Positions 19,420 through 29,229 of a DNA stretch of 59,870 bases are shown here, piece by piece (position 1 is the stretch's first letter; each line of letters begins with the position of its first letter). Position numbers and translations under genes: made by a program. The DNA lies in the NCBI GenBank assembly GCA_903873475.1, contig CAIQON010000235.1:1-59870 (forward strand), read 5' to 3'. Origin of the DNA: an uncultured bacterium (lineage in GTDB: Bacteria > Pseudomonadota > Gammaproteobacteria > Burkholderiales > CAIKXV01). The notes under the pieces are model-generated. The model worked only from the letters and a program-made list of their open reading frames with translations, did not search any database and was not told the DNA's origin.

Positions 19420-20908
19420 CGCACTGCACGTAGCGGCCGGCGCTTGCACCGGCGATGCGCCCGAACACCGCTCCCGATGCGAGCCCGGTGCCGCCAGGAT
19501 AGTTGTGGAAGAAGATCCCGCCGACCATCTCGCCGGCGGCGAACAGGCCGGGGATCGCATGGCCGGTGGTGTCTTCCACTTCCGCCGACGTGCTCACCTT
19601 CACGCCGCCGAAGCTGAACGTGATGCCGCAGGTCACCGCATAGGCCTCGAACGGTGGCTGGTCGATGGTGTCGGCCCAGTTGGTCTTGTCGACCGGCAGG
19701 CCCTCGGTGCGGCGGCCGTCGCGCACCGCCATGTTGAGCGGGATGTCGGTGCGCACCGCGCGGTTGTAGGCGAGGATCTCGTCGAGGCAGGCCTTCGCAT
19801 CGACGCCTTCGAGCTTCGCCACCAGTGCTTCGAGCGTGTCGGCGCGCACCTTGGTCACCTGCTTGATACGGTACTCGCTGCGCAGCGTCGGGATCACCTT
19901 GTTGTCGAAGATCTGCCAGGCGAACATGCCGGGCTGCTCCAGGATGCGCCGCCCGTAGCGGGCATAGGTGAAGTTGCGGAAGTCGGCGCCTTCGTCCAGG
20001 AAACGGCGGCCGTTCGCGTTCACCATGATGCCCCAGGGATAGCCGTGCTTCTGGTACTGATCGCCGACCGCCAGGTCGCCGAAGGGCGGGGCGTTCTGGT
20101 CCCACCCGACCGCATGGCAGCCGGACCAGTGGCCATAGGGCATCGCGCCGGCGGCGAGTGCCATCTGCAGCCCGGCGCCGGTGTTGTAGCGCGTGCCGCG
20201 CACCTTCGCGAGGTCCCAGCCTGGCCCGAGGTAGCGGGCGCGCATCTCGGCGCTCGACTCGAAGCCGCCGCAGGCCAGCACCACCGCATCCGCGGCCACG
20301 ACCTCCACCCGGCCGTTCGAGCGCACCTTCACGCCGGTGACCGCGCCATCGTCGTCGATGACAAGGGCGGTGACCGGTGTGTCGTAGCGGATCTCGATCC
20401 CTTCGCGCGCACAGGCCTTGTGCTCGGCTTCCACCAGTCCGGGACCGCCGCCCCACGCTTCGACGGCCAACCCGCCCCAGAACTTGCGCCGCTTGCCGTC
20501 GATCGGATGCGACTGGTTTCCGTAGCTTGCCTGGAAGCGCACGCCCTTGCCGCTCAGCCAGCGTGCGGTGTCGAAGCTGTTGGAGATCAGCACTTCGCAC
20601 AGCTCCGGGTCGCTCTGGTACTGGGTGATGCGCGCCATGTCCTCGAAATAGCTCTCGCGGGTGTAGCGGCCGAAGTCGTGCAGCGACTTCTCTTCGTCGG
20701 TGAGGTCGATCACCTGCGCGAGGTCATCGACGCCGTCGAAGGTGATGCGCATCGAGCCCGCGGCATAGCGGCTGTTGCCGCCGCAATCCTCCTGCGGAGC
20801 GCTCTCGAGCATCACCACTTCCGCGCCCGCCTCGCGGGCCGACAGCGCCGCGCACGATGCTGCGTTGCCCGCGCCGACCACCACCACCTTCCGTGCTCCG
20901 GATGCCAT
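19406..20908 (-). CDS. tcuA: FAD-dependent tricarballylate dehydrogenase TcuA-like flavoprotein
   Basis: VVVVGAGNAA FAD motif, GGNSRY, LACGGFE, KVRGTRYNTG, GITFSFGG, GLFAAGEMVGG, NYPGGTGL. Confidence 0.8.
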   Translation of the reverse strand: MASGARKVVVVGAGNAASCAALSAREAGAEVVMLESAPQEDCGGNSRYAAGSMRITFDGVDDLAQVIDLTDEEKSLHDFGRYTRESYFEDMARITQYQSDPELCEVLISNSFDTARWLSGKGVRFQASYGNQSHPIDGKRRKFWGGLAVEAWGGGPGLVEAEHKACAREGIEIRYDTPVTALVIDDDGAVTGVKVRSNGRVEVVAADAVVLACGGFESSAEMRARYLGPGWDLAKVRGTRYNTGAGLQMALAAGAMPYGHWSGCHAVGWDQNAPPFGDLAVGDQYQKHGYPWGIMVNANGRRFLDEGADFRNFTYARYGRRILEQPGMFAWQIFDNKVIPTLRSEYRIKQVTKVRADTLEALVAKLEGVDAKACLDEILAYNRAVRTDIPLNMAVRDGRRTEGLPVDKTNWADTIDQPPFEAYAVTCGITFSFGGVKVSTSAEVEDTTGHAIPGLFAAGEMVGGIFFHNYPGGTGLASGAVFGRIAGASAGRYVQCVSPR

Positions 20909-20952
20909 CGTGTATCCCGTCCCCGCGCCGTGCGCCAGCCGGGCGCCCGGTC

Positions 20953-20979
20953 GATTGCTCGGTTGATTGTTCAGTTGAT
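20953..20979. repeat. Imperfect 12-bp tandem repeat at a Bug stop codon
   Basis: GATTGCTCGGTT-GATTGTTCAGTT-GAT overlapping the stop at 20971-20973. Confidence 0.55.
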
Positions 20980-22002
20980 AGGAATGCCCGCCGCCTTGAT
21001 CGTCGCAGCCCACAGCGCGATGTCATGGCGCAGCAGCTTGTCGAGCTGCGCGGGCGTCGATGGCGTCGGCTCTATGCCCTGCGCGGCAAGCTGCGCACGC
21101 AGTTCCTGGTTCTCCAGCACCTTCAGCGTCGCCTTCGACAGTCGGTCCAGGATCGGCCGCGGCGTCTTCGCCGGCGCGAACAGCGCATGCCAGACCTCGT
21201 AGACGTACTTCGGTACGCCCGACTCCGCGACCGTGGGTACGTCCGGTACCACGCTCGACCGCTTGGCCGTGGTCACGGCGATCATGCGCAGCTTGCCCGC
21301 CTTGACCTGGGGCGTGGCGCTGGGCAGCGTGGGGATGGAGAAGTTGACCTCTCCCGTCATCGTGGCCAGCACCGAAGGTGCGCCGCCCTTGTACGGCACA
21401 TGGTTGAAGCGCGTGCCCGAGACGTATTCGAGCAGCGCCACCGCGAGATGCCCGACGCTGCCCACGCCGGCCGAGCCGTAGGTGAGCTTGCCCGGATCCT
21501 TCTTCGCCAGCGCGACCAGGTCGACCATGTTGCGCACCGGCAGCGTGTTGGTGACCACCACGGCCGAGGGTGCGACCCCGACCAGCGAGATCGGCGCGAA
21601 GTCTGCGAGGGCGTCGTACGGCAGCTTCGCGTACAGCGTTTCGTTGATCGCCATGCCGGAGTGGCTGACCAGCAGCGTATAGCCGTCCGCCGGTGCCCGA
21701 GCGACGATGGCGGTGCCGATCGTCGCGCCGGCGCCGGCGCGGTTGTCGATCACGAAGGTCTGGCCCAGTTCTTCGCCCAGCGCCGTGCCCATCAGCCGGC
21801 CGACGATGTCGCTGGTGCCACCGGGCGCGAAGGGCACGATGAAGCGCACCGGCCGCTGCGGATAGGGCTGCGCGATTGCCGCCGGCACAGCCAGCGACGC
21901 GGCAACGACCGCGGCAAGGTGGACGTGCCGGAAGCGGTTTCGCCCAACGGGCCGCGGACCAGCACCGCCTGCTGGCCCTGGTTGCGCACGGTCTGCGCCC
22001 AC
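20971..22002 (-). CDS. Bug/TctC substrate-binding protein (5)
   Basis: YPQRPVRFIVPFAPGGTSD, DNRAGAG, HVPYKGG; start uncertain. Confidence 0.92.
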   Translation of the reverse strand: MGADRAQPGPAGGAGPRPVGRNRFRHVHLAAVVAASLAVPAAIAQPYPQRPVRFIVPFAPGGTSDIVGRLMGTALGEELGQTFVIDNRAGAGATIGTAIVARAPADGYTLLVSHSGMAINETLYAKLPYDALADFAPISLVGVAPSAVVVTNTLPVRNMVDLVALAKKDPGKLTYGSAGVGSVGHLAVALLEYVSGTRFNHVPYKGGAPSVLATMTGEVNFSIPTLPSATPQVKAGKLRMIAVTTAKRSSVVPDVPTVAESGVPKYVYEVWHALFAPAKTPRPILDRLSKATLKVLENQELRAQLAAQGIEPTPSTPAQLDKLLRHDIALWAATIKAAGIPIN

Positions 22003-22151
22003 GTCTTCGCCTCCGTCCGGATGGGTTGTACGAATGCCGCGCTCACTTTACCCCACACGGCGTGGGCGGCCAACGCCGCCCGGGCTTGCTGTGCCAGCCC
22101 GCAGCATCGTTATATGCTTGCCGGCTCGTCCAGCCGATACCGGGTTCGCCC

Positions 22152-23720
22152 TTGCGCACCGTCGCCGAAGCTGCTGCAGCCATCCGTTCCGGCGCCCTGT
22201 CGCCGATGGACCTCGTGGACGAGTGCCTGCGCAGCATCGAGCATCACGACCCGGTGCTGCACGCATTCAACCTCGTGCTGCCCGACGCGGCGCGTGCAGC
22301 CGCGCGCGCTGCGCAGGCCGAGCTGCGGGCCGGGCACGATCGCGGCCCGCTGCACGGCATCCCGTTCGGCGTGAAGGACGTGTACGACGTGGCCGGCCTG
22401 CCGACCACCGGCTATTCGCGCGCCTTCCTCGATCGAAAGGCCACCGGGCATGCGACGGCGGTCGCCCGCCTGGTCGATGCGGGCGCTGTCTTCGTGGGCA
22501 AGCTCGCGACCCACGAGCTCGCCAACGGTGGCCCCTCGTTCGACCTGCCGTGGCCACCGGCGCGCAATCCCTGGGACCTCGAGCGCGTGACCGGCGGATC
22601 CAGCACCGGCGCAGGTGCCGCCGTCGCTGCCGGCCTGCTGCCGGCAGCCCTGGGGACGGATACCGGGGGCTCGGTGCGCATCCCGGCGTCGCTGTGCGGC
22701 GTGACCGGCCTAAAGCCGACATCGGGACGCGTGAGCCGCGCCGGCGTGCTCGCCCATTCGCACAGCATCGACCACTGCGGTCCGCTGGCCTGGACGGTGG
22801 AAGACTGCGCGATCCTGCTGCAGGCGTTCGCCGGTGCCGATCCGCGCGATCCGGCGGCCTCGGTCGAGCCCGTACCCGACTACCGGGCCGGCTTCACGCC
22901 GCACCTGCGCGGCCTGCGCATCGGCATCGTGCGCCGCTTCTGGGAGACCGACCTGCCGGCGGATGCCGAGACCGCAGGCGCGCTCGAGCAGGCAATCGGC
23001 GTGCTGCGCAGCCTCGGTGCCGGCGTAGAGACGGTCGACCTGCCGCCGCTGCAGCAGTACTACGACGTCAAGACCGTGATCGCCAAGCGCGAGGTGTTCG
23101 ATACCTACCGCGCGTTCCTCGTCGAACGGCTCGACCGCTTCGGTGCGGATTTCCTCGGCATGACGCTGGGCGGCTGCCTGTACGGCGAGGACGACCTGCA
23201 CCATGCGCGCGCCGCGCGCCGGCGCCTGGCCGCGGCGATGGACGATGCGCTGCAGCGATGCGACGTGCTGATGACCGCTGCGAGCGGCCCGGCCGGACGC
23301 TTCGAGGACGCCGGCCCCGCCCGCGTGATCGACCACTGGAGCCGGCCCAACCGCGAGACGCCGTTCAGCGTCACCGGCTGCCCGGCCCTTGCGCTGTGCA
23401 TCGGCTTCAACCGCGGCGGGCTGCCGCTCGGCATGCAGCTGGCTGGCCGCCGCTTCGACGAGGCGACGGTGCTGCGAACGGGTCATGCCTACGAGCGCGC
23501 GGCAGGCTGGCGCAGCAGGCGCCCGATGCTCATCGATGCACCGGCGCGACTGCGAGCGCCTGCTCCTGCCGCGTATCCGGAACCGGAGGCGGTGTCGCTG
23601 GCAAGAGCGGACGAGACCCTGCGCGCCTTCGACCTGCAACCTGGCGATGCACATCTGCGGCAACTGTGCGCCGTATTGCCACATGCGCTCGAGGCAGCGC
23701 GCCGGGTGAGGATGATCTGA
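22152..23720 (+). CDS. Amidase signature family enzyme (AtzE/GatA-like) with C-terminal extension
   Basis: PLHGIPFGVKD, GGSSTG, GTDTGGSVRIPA (Lys-cisSer-Ser triad), GLPLGMQL; TTG start inferred. Confidence 0.9.
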   Translation: MRTVAEAAAAIRSGALSPMDLVDECLRSIEHHDPVLHAFNLVLPDAARAAARAAQAELRAGHDRGPLHGIPFGVKDVYDVAGLPTTGYSRAFLDRKATGHATAVARLVDAGAVFVGKLATHELANGGPSFDLPWPPARNPWDLERVTGGSSTGAGAAVAAGLLPAALGTDTGGSVRIPASLCGVTGLKPTSGRVSRAGVLAHSHSIDHCGPLAWTVEDCAILLQAFAGADPRDPAASVEPVPDYRAGFTPHLRGLRIGIVRRFWETDLPADAETAGALEQAIGVLRSLGAGVETVDLPPLQQYYDVKTVIAKREVFDTYRAFLVERLDRFGADFLGMTLGGCLYGEDDLHHARAARRRLAAAMDDALQRCDVLMTAASGPAGRFEDAGPARVIDHWSRPNRETPFSVTGCPALALCIGFNRGGLPLGMQLAGRRFDEATVLRTGHAYERAAGWRSRRPMLIDAPARLRAPAPAAYPEPEAVSLARADETLRAFDLQPGDAHLRQLCAVLPHALEAARRVRMI

Positions 23721-23757
23721 CGATGGACGACGATCGGTCCTGGACCGGGAGGAATGG

Positions 23758-24750
23758 ATGATGGCAATGAACGGGAAAGCGTGGTCCCTGGCATCGGCTG
23801 CGGCGCTGCTGCCGTGCCTGCTCAGCTCGGCGGCAGTTCATGCGGCGGAGGCCTGGCCGTCGAAGCCGATACGCTTCGTCGTGCCGTTCGCTGCCGGCGG
23901 AGGTGCAGATTTCACAGGGCGACTGTACGGCCGCTACCTCGCCGACGCATGGGGCGGCAGCGTGCTCGTGGAGAACCGGCCGGGCGCCGGCAGCAACATC
24001 GGCACCCAGTTCGTCGCGCAGGCACCTGCTGACGGATACACCGTGCTCGTCACCAGCACCGCGTTCGCGATCAACCCGGCGCTGTACGCGAACGCGGGCT
24101 ATGACCCGATCAAGGGCTTCGAGGCCGTGGTCAACGCCGGCTACAGCCCGACCATCCTGTTCGTGCATCCGTCGATGCCCGCGAAGACCGTGAAGGAGCT
24201 GCTCGCCCTGGGCCGCTCGCGTCCGCTCTCCTATGCATCGGCCGGCGTCGGCACCGTGCCGTTCCTCACCGTCGAGTACCTGTTCAACCTCGTGTCGAAG
24301 GCGGACATCACCCACGTGCCCTACGGCGGCGCCGGGCCTGCGCTGCAGGCGGTGCTCGGCGGCCATGTGCCGGTGGGCGTCGCCACCTATGCGACGCCCG
24401 GCCTGAACGACCGTTTCGAGGCCGGCAAGCTGCGGCCGCTGGCGGTGATGGCCGCGAAGCGCACGAAGGAGCGGCCGGAAGTGCCCACCGCGTCCGAGGC
24501 CGGCTTCCCAGGCTATGTCGACTCCACCTGGCAGGGCGTGTTCGTCCCGGCCGGCACGCCGCCGGCGATCGTCGAACGGCTCAACGCCGGGTTCAACGAG
24601 GCGATGAAGTCGTCGGTTGTATCCGAGGCCCTGAACCGCATCGGCTTCGAGCGTGAGCCCAACGGTGCTCGGCAGTTCGCGGACTATGTACGTGGGGAAG
24701 TCGGCCGCTGGGCAAAGGTGGTGAAAGAAACCGGCGTGAAGGCCAACTGA
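23758..24750 (+). CDS. Bug/TctC substrate-binding protein (6)
   Basis: RBS GGAGG; WPSKPIRFVVPFAAGGGAD, ENRPGAG. Confidence 0.93.
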   Translation: MMAMNGKAWSLASAAALLPCLLSSAAVHAAEAWPSKPIRFVVPFAAGGGADFTGRLYGRYLADAWGGSVLVENRPGAGSNIGTQFVAQAPADGYTVLVTSTAFAINPALYANAGYDPIKGFEAVVNAGYSPTILFVHPSMPAKTVKELLALGRSRPLSYASAGVGTVPFLTVEYLFNLVSKADITHVPYGGAGPALQAVLGGHVPVGVATYATPGLNDRFEAGKLRPLAVMAAKRTKERPEVPTASEAGFPGYVDSTWQGVFVPAGTPPAIVERLNAGFNEAMKSSVVSEALNRIGFEREPNGARQFADYVRGEVGRWAKVVKETGVKAN

Positions 24751-24799
24751 GCGTGTTTGCGCGGTAAGCTGCAGGTCGAACGTAGACGACGAATCCGCC

Positions 24800-25357
24800 A
24801 TGCGTGTCAGGACCAGCATTACCGATCCCCTTCGGCAGGACCTGCTGTCGGTGGGTAGCCAGGGCGGACTGCTCTGGATCAGCCTGTGTCCCGGCAAGAC
24901 CGCGCCCAGCCTCGAGGGTACGCCGTGGGCGCGCGACCTCGACCTCGACCTCCATGCGATCCAGCACTGGGGTGCGCAGGCCGTGCTCACGCTTATCGAG
25001 GACGCAGAGTTCGAAATGCTCCAAGTTCAGCGGCTGGGTGCCTCGGTGAAGGCGCGTGGCATCGACTGGCACCACCTGCCGATCGCCGACCAGCATGCGC
25101 CCGATGAGCGCTTCGAGGCGCGCTGGGCCGAGGTGGGCGCGCAGGTCTGCGGCCTGCTGGCCGGCGGTGGCCGTGCGCTCGTCCATTGCCGGGGCGGGCT
25201 CGGGCGCGCCGGCACGGTCGCGGCACGGATCCTCGTCCAGACCGGTACCCCGCCGGCCGATGCGATCCGCCAGGTGCGCGCTGCACGCAAGGACGCCATC
25301 GAGAACGCCACTCAGGAGCGGTACGTGATGGCGCTCGGCGCGGCCCCGGGACGCTGA
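24800..25357 (+). CDS. Cys-based dual-specificity/protein-tyrosine phosphatase (CDKN3-like)
   Basis: HCRGGLGRAG (CX5R) loop, CPGK, RDLDLDL, WHHLPIAD, AIENATQ. Confidence 0.9.
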   Translation: MRVRTSITDPLRQDLLSVGSQGGLLWISLCPGKTAPSLEGTPWARDLDLDLHAIQHWGAQAVLTLIEDAEFEMLQVQRLGASVKARGIDWHHLPIADQHAPDERFEARWAEVGAQVCGLLAGGGRALVHCRGGLGRAGTVAARILVQTGTPPADAIRQVRAARKDAIENATQERYVMALGAAPGR

Positions 25358-25367
25358 GCGCGCGCTC

Positions 25368-26399
25368 CTACCTGAAGGCTGCAACCAGGTCGCGCAGCTC
25401 CGGAGAGGGTTCGCGGAAGCTGACCACCTGGACGTCCAGTGGGCTCTCCTTGAACAGGTGCATCGCACGGCCCATCGCAGCGAGCACCCAGGGCTCGGGA
25501 TTGCCGAAGACACCACCACCGATCAGGGTCAGCAGCAGCCGGCGCGATCCGCCAGCCTGCGCACGCGCGAGCGCGGCACGGAACGTGGCTTCATAGGCGG
25601 CCTCCAGCACCAGTGTCGCGAAGGCCTGCCAGCGTGCACCGGCTGCCCGCCTGGCGTAACTGACCGGCAGCGCGGAGCAGAACGCCTGCGAGACGAGCGG
25701 CCGCCTGCTGGTCCCGCCGTCGGCCTGCGGCGCATCCGTGACCTCGACGTCGTGGTGCAGCCCGATGCACAGGCGGCCGCGCAAGCGGTCCCGCCCGGCT
25801 TCGTCGAGCCCGGCCAGGCAGTTATCGATCGCATCGACGCCGCTGCGCGTGCACAGCGCATAGCCATTGCGCATCGTCCACAGGGCTTCGACCGGCAGGC
25901 CGGTGGCCTGCGCCAGCGCTGCGCCCAGAGGTGCCAGCGCGTCGATCTGCCGGCCACTCGTCTGGCCGACCTGCCCGTCGACCGGCGCGAAATAGTTGCG
26001 GTAGATCGTGGCGGCGCCGGCGGCGATCGCACAGGCCGGTCCCTGCGTGGGGTCGGACGCATAACGCGTGACGCCCTGCTCCGGCGTCACGTTCTCGTCC
26101 AGCATCTCCAGCAGGTTGAACTGCGATGCGACCTGGAACAGGGCGCCGGCGTTCTCCGGCAACCGATGCAACTGCCGCGCGTCGCCCCGCACGATGCTGA
26201 CCTTCAGCCGCCCCAGCAGCGCTGGCCGGCCGGCGACGCGCTCGCGCAGCGCCTGCAGCGAAACCAGCTCGAGCGTTCCGATGCCCCAGGCTGCGCCGTT
26301 GACATTCGAGTGCAGGGTCGTGCCTCTCACCTCGAGGCTGGCCTGCACCTGCGCGTATGACGATTCCGGAAAGCCGGTGAGCTGTTCGAACCAGTCCAT
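25368..26399 (-). CDS. Uncharacterised protein, possible PARG/macrodomain-like fold
   Basis: Starts MDWFEQLTGF; motifs FQVASQFNLLE, TQGPACA, LTLIGGGVFGN. CDS is clear; the fold is inference. Confidence 0.7.
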   Translation of the reverse strand: MDWFEQLTGFPESSYAQVQASLEVRGTTLHSNVNGAAWGIGTLELVSLQALRERVAGRPALLGRLKVSIVRGDARQLHRLPENAGALFQVASQFNLLEMLDENVTPEQGVTRYASDPTQGPACAIAAGAATIYRNYFAPVDGQVGQTSGRQIDALAPLGAALAQATGLPVEALWTMRNGYALCTRSGVDAIDNCLAGLDEAGRDRLRGRLCIGLHHDVEVTDAPQADGGTSRRPLVSQAFCSALPVSYARRAAGARWQAFATLVLEAAYEATFRAALARAQAGGSRRLLLTLIGGGVFGNPEPWVLAAMGRAMHLFKESPLDVQVVSFREPSPELRDLVAAFR

Positions 26400-26421
26400 G
26401 CGATGGAATGCTGTTGCCCGG

Positions 26422-26445
26422 TGGTCTGTCGTCTTGGTCTGTCGT
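26422..26445. repeat. 11-bp direct repeat (TGGTCTGTCGT x2, period 13) in a divergent promoter region
   Basis: Copies at 26422-26432 and 26435-26445. Confidence 0.6.
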
Positions 26446-26524
26446 GGTGGTGCTTGCCGATCGCACCAGTGCCACTGTAACCTGAAGTCGATGGCGCACA
26501 GACGCCGACGGAGGAGGAGAAGCG

Positions 26525-27523
26525 ATGTACACCCGGAGCTGCATCGGGGCGGCGTTCCTGCTGTCCGCGGCCGCATTGTCACGGGCACCGGCACAGGCGC
26601 AGGCACAGGCACAGACCGCAGCCTATCCGGGCAAGTCGATCCGCATGGTCATCGGCTTCTCCCCCGGCAGCAACAGCGATTCGCTGGCCCGGCCGATGGC
26701 GCAGCGCCTGTCGGAGATGGTCGGGCAGCAGGTGATCGTGGACAACCGCCCGGGGGCAGCCGGCAACATCGCGATGGAGATGGTGGCCCGTGCCGCCCCC
26801 GATGGCTATACCGTGTTCAGCGGGCCGGGCTCCTCGATCACGGTGAACCCGCACATCCAGGCGAAGATGCCGATCGACGTGCTGCGCGACCTGCTGCCGA
26901 TCGCACCGACCGGCCAGTTCTCTGCGCTGCTGGTCGTGCATCCATCGCTGCCGGTGAAGTCGGTCACGGACCTGGTCGCGCTGGCGAAGCGAAAGCCCGG
27001 GCTGATCAGCTTCGGATCGCCCGGTCACGGCACCGGCTTCCACCTGGCGACCGAGCTGTTCAAGGTCCGCGCCGGCATCAATGCCACCCACGTGCCCTAC
27101 GCCAACGCCAGCGCGATGATGTCCGACCTGCTCGCGGGTCGTGTCGAGATGATGATCTTCTCCGCGATCGTGATGCAGCCTCATGTGAAGACGGGCAAGC
27201 TGCGCGCGCTCGCCACCACCGGCCGCGAACGCAGCAGCGTGATGCCGGAGCTGCCCACGATCGCCCAGGCCGGCGTCGCCGACTACGAATACACCGGCTT
27301 CCAGGGCGTGTTCGGCCCGGCGGCGATGCCGCGCGAGGTGGTCGACCGGCTCAACATGCTGGTCCTGAAGGTACTGGCGCTGCCGGACGTGCGCGAGTTC
27401 TATGCGACGCAGAACGTCGATCCGATGGTCCTGAACCCGGCGGAGTTCGCGGCCAGGGTGCGGCAGGAGCACGACAAATGGGGCAGGCTGATCCGGGAAG
27501 CCGGTTTGAAGGGCGGGCAGTGA
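26525..27523 (+). CDS. Bug/TctC substrate-binding protein (7)
   Basis: RBS GGAGGAGGAG; YPGKSIRMVIGFSPGSNSD, DNRPGAAG. Confidence 0.93.
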   Translation: MYTRSCIGAAFLLSAAALSRAPAQAQAQAQTAAYPGKSIRMVIGFSPGSNSDSLARPMAQRLSEMVGQQVIVDNRPGAAGNIAMEMVARAAPDGYTVFSGPGSSITVNPHIQAKMPIDVLRDLLPIAPTGQFSALLVVHPSLPVKSVTDLVALAKRKPGLISFGSPGHGTGFHLATELFKVRAGINATHVPYANASAMMSDLLAGRVEMMIFSAIVMQPHVKTGKLRALATTGRERSSVMPELPTIAQAGVADYEYTGFQGVFGPAAMPREVVDRLNMLVLKVLALPDVREFYATQNVDPMVLNPAEFAARVRQEHDKWGRLIREAGLKGGQ

Positions 27524-27829
27524 AGATGACATTCGATCGAGCGAGCGTGGCCACGAAACGCATCATTCCCCTGATTGCCCTTGCAAGTGGAGCCGCATCG
27601 CCGCGCAGACGGGACTGAAGTTCGATTGATGCTCGCCCCTTCGGTATTGCACCCGGGGATGTACGCATAGCGCGAAAGTCTGGCAGGGGGCGAATCCCCA
27701 GTCTGATGCCCGATGTGTCCCGGATCCAATCCGGCCGTCCGTGCGCTCGAGGCGCTCTGGGCGGTGGAATCGATCGCTGATGTCAACCACCTCACCCGGC
27801 TGATGTGCGGACAATGATGGAGGACTGCC

Positions 27830-29227
27830 ATGTCGAATGACGTTTCCCTGCTGCCCGGTGCCACGCGTGACCTGGCGACCTTCGCTGCCGGACTGACCTA
27901 TGAGGCGATCCCCGCCGAGGCGGTCGAGCGCATCAAGTCGAGCGTGCTCGACAGCATCGGGTGCTTCCTTTTCGGCTCCACGTTGCCATGGACGCGCAAG
28001 GTGATGGCACTGGCCCGCGCCGAAGGAGGGACCCCGGTCGCGTCGGTCTATGGAACCGGCGAGCGGACCTCGCTGTCGCTTGCGGCGCTGGTCAACGGGA
28101 CGTCGGGCCATGCATTCGAACTCGACGACATCCACAAGGAGTCGATCGTGCATGCGGGTTCCATCGCCACGCCGATCGCCCTGTCGTTCGCGGAGAAGCA
28201 GGGTGGTGCATCGGGACGGTCGGTGATCACCTCGATGGTGGCAGGCTACGAGGTCGGGCATCGGGTGGGTAGCGCCGCAACGATGAGCCTGTTCTTCCGC
28301 GGCTTCCATCCGCAGGGCACGTCCGGGGCATTCGTCGCGGCCGCCACCGCGGCGCGCGCGATGGACCTCGACGACAAGCGGTTCCTGCACGCGCTTGGCA
28401 TCGTCGGTTCCCAGGCAGGGGGGCTGATGGCTGCGCAGGAAGGCGCGATGGTCAAGCGCTTCCACAGCGGCCGCGCCGCGCAGAGCGGCATCTATGCCGC
28501 CACCCTCGCTGCCGACGACTTCACCGGGATCACGGATGTCCTGGAGGCGGGTTACGGCGGCTACCTGAGCTCGTACTCCGACAAGCCGGCCCCGGCGCGG
28601 CTGACCGACGGCCTCGGGACGCGATGGGAGACCCTCGCGGTCGGCTACAAGCCCCATGCGAGCGTCACGAGCATCCACACCGCGCTCGACGGCCTGGGCG
28701 AGATCCTGAAGGAACATTCGCTGGCGGCGGGCGACGTGGCTCGCGTGGACGCGGGGTTGAGCCCGATGACGCACGTGCACTGTGCCTGGGAGTACAAGGC
28801 GCAGGGCGTGACGGCCGCCCAGATGAACCTGTACTACGGTCTGGCCGTGATCGCGGTCGACGGCATGGCGTTCACCGAGCAGTACCGCGAGGATCGGCTC
28901 AAGGATCCGAGGCTGCTCGACTTCATCTCCCGGGTTTCGGCGACCGTCGATCCGGAGATCGAGGCAATGGGCGCCCCGTTCCGGCATTCGGCGCGCATCC
29001 GGGTGACGACGCACGACGGCAGGGTGATCGAGAAGATGATCCTGCATCGCCGTGGCAGTCCCGAAGCCCCGCTGAAGCCCGAGGACATCGAGTACAAGTA
29101 CCGGCATGTCGTCCGCTCGTGCATCCCCGAGGCGCGCATGGAGCGCATCCTCGAGCTGGTGCGACGTCTGGAACGCCTCGACACGACCGCCGAACTGATC
29201 GAACTGCTCGCCGCACCCACCCACTGA
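27830..29227 (+). CDS. MmgE/PrpD family protein
   Basis: AALVNGTSGHAFELDDIH, GYEVG, GFHPQG, KRFHSGRAA, YKPHAS, RGSPEAPL; RBS GGAGG. Confidence 0.93.
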   Translation: MSNDVSLLPGATRDLATFAAGLTYEAIPAEAVERIKSSVLDSIGCFLFGSTLPWTRKVMALARAEGGTPVASVYGTGERTSLSLAALVNGTSGHAFELDDIHKESIVHAGSIATPIALSFAEKQGGASGRSVITSMVAGYEVGHRVGSAATMSLFFRGFHPQGTSGAFVAAATAARAMDLDDKRFLHALGIVGSQAGGLMAAQEGAMVKRFHSGRAAQSGIYAATLAADDFTGITDVLEAGYGGYLSSYSDKPAPARLTDGLGTRWETLAVGYKPHASVTSIHTALDGLGEILKEHSLAAGDVARVDAGLSPMTHVHCAWEYKAQGVTAAQMNLYYGLAVIAVDGMAFTEQYREDRLKDPRLLDFISRVSATVDPEIEAMGAPFRHSARIRVTTHDGRVIEKMILHRRGSPEAPLKPEDIEYKYRHVVRSCIPEARMERILELVRRLERLDTTAELIELLAAPTH

Positions 29228-29229
29228 AC

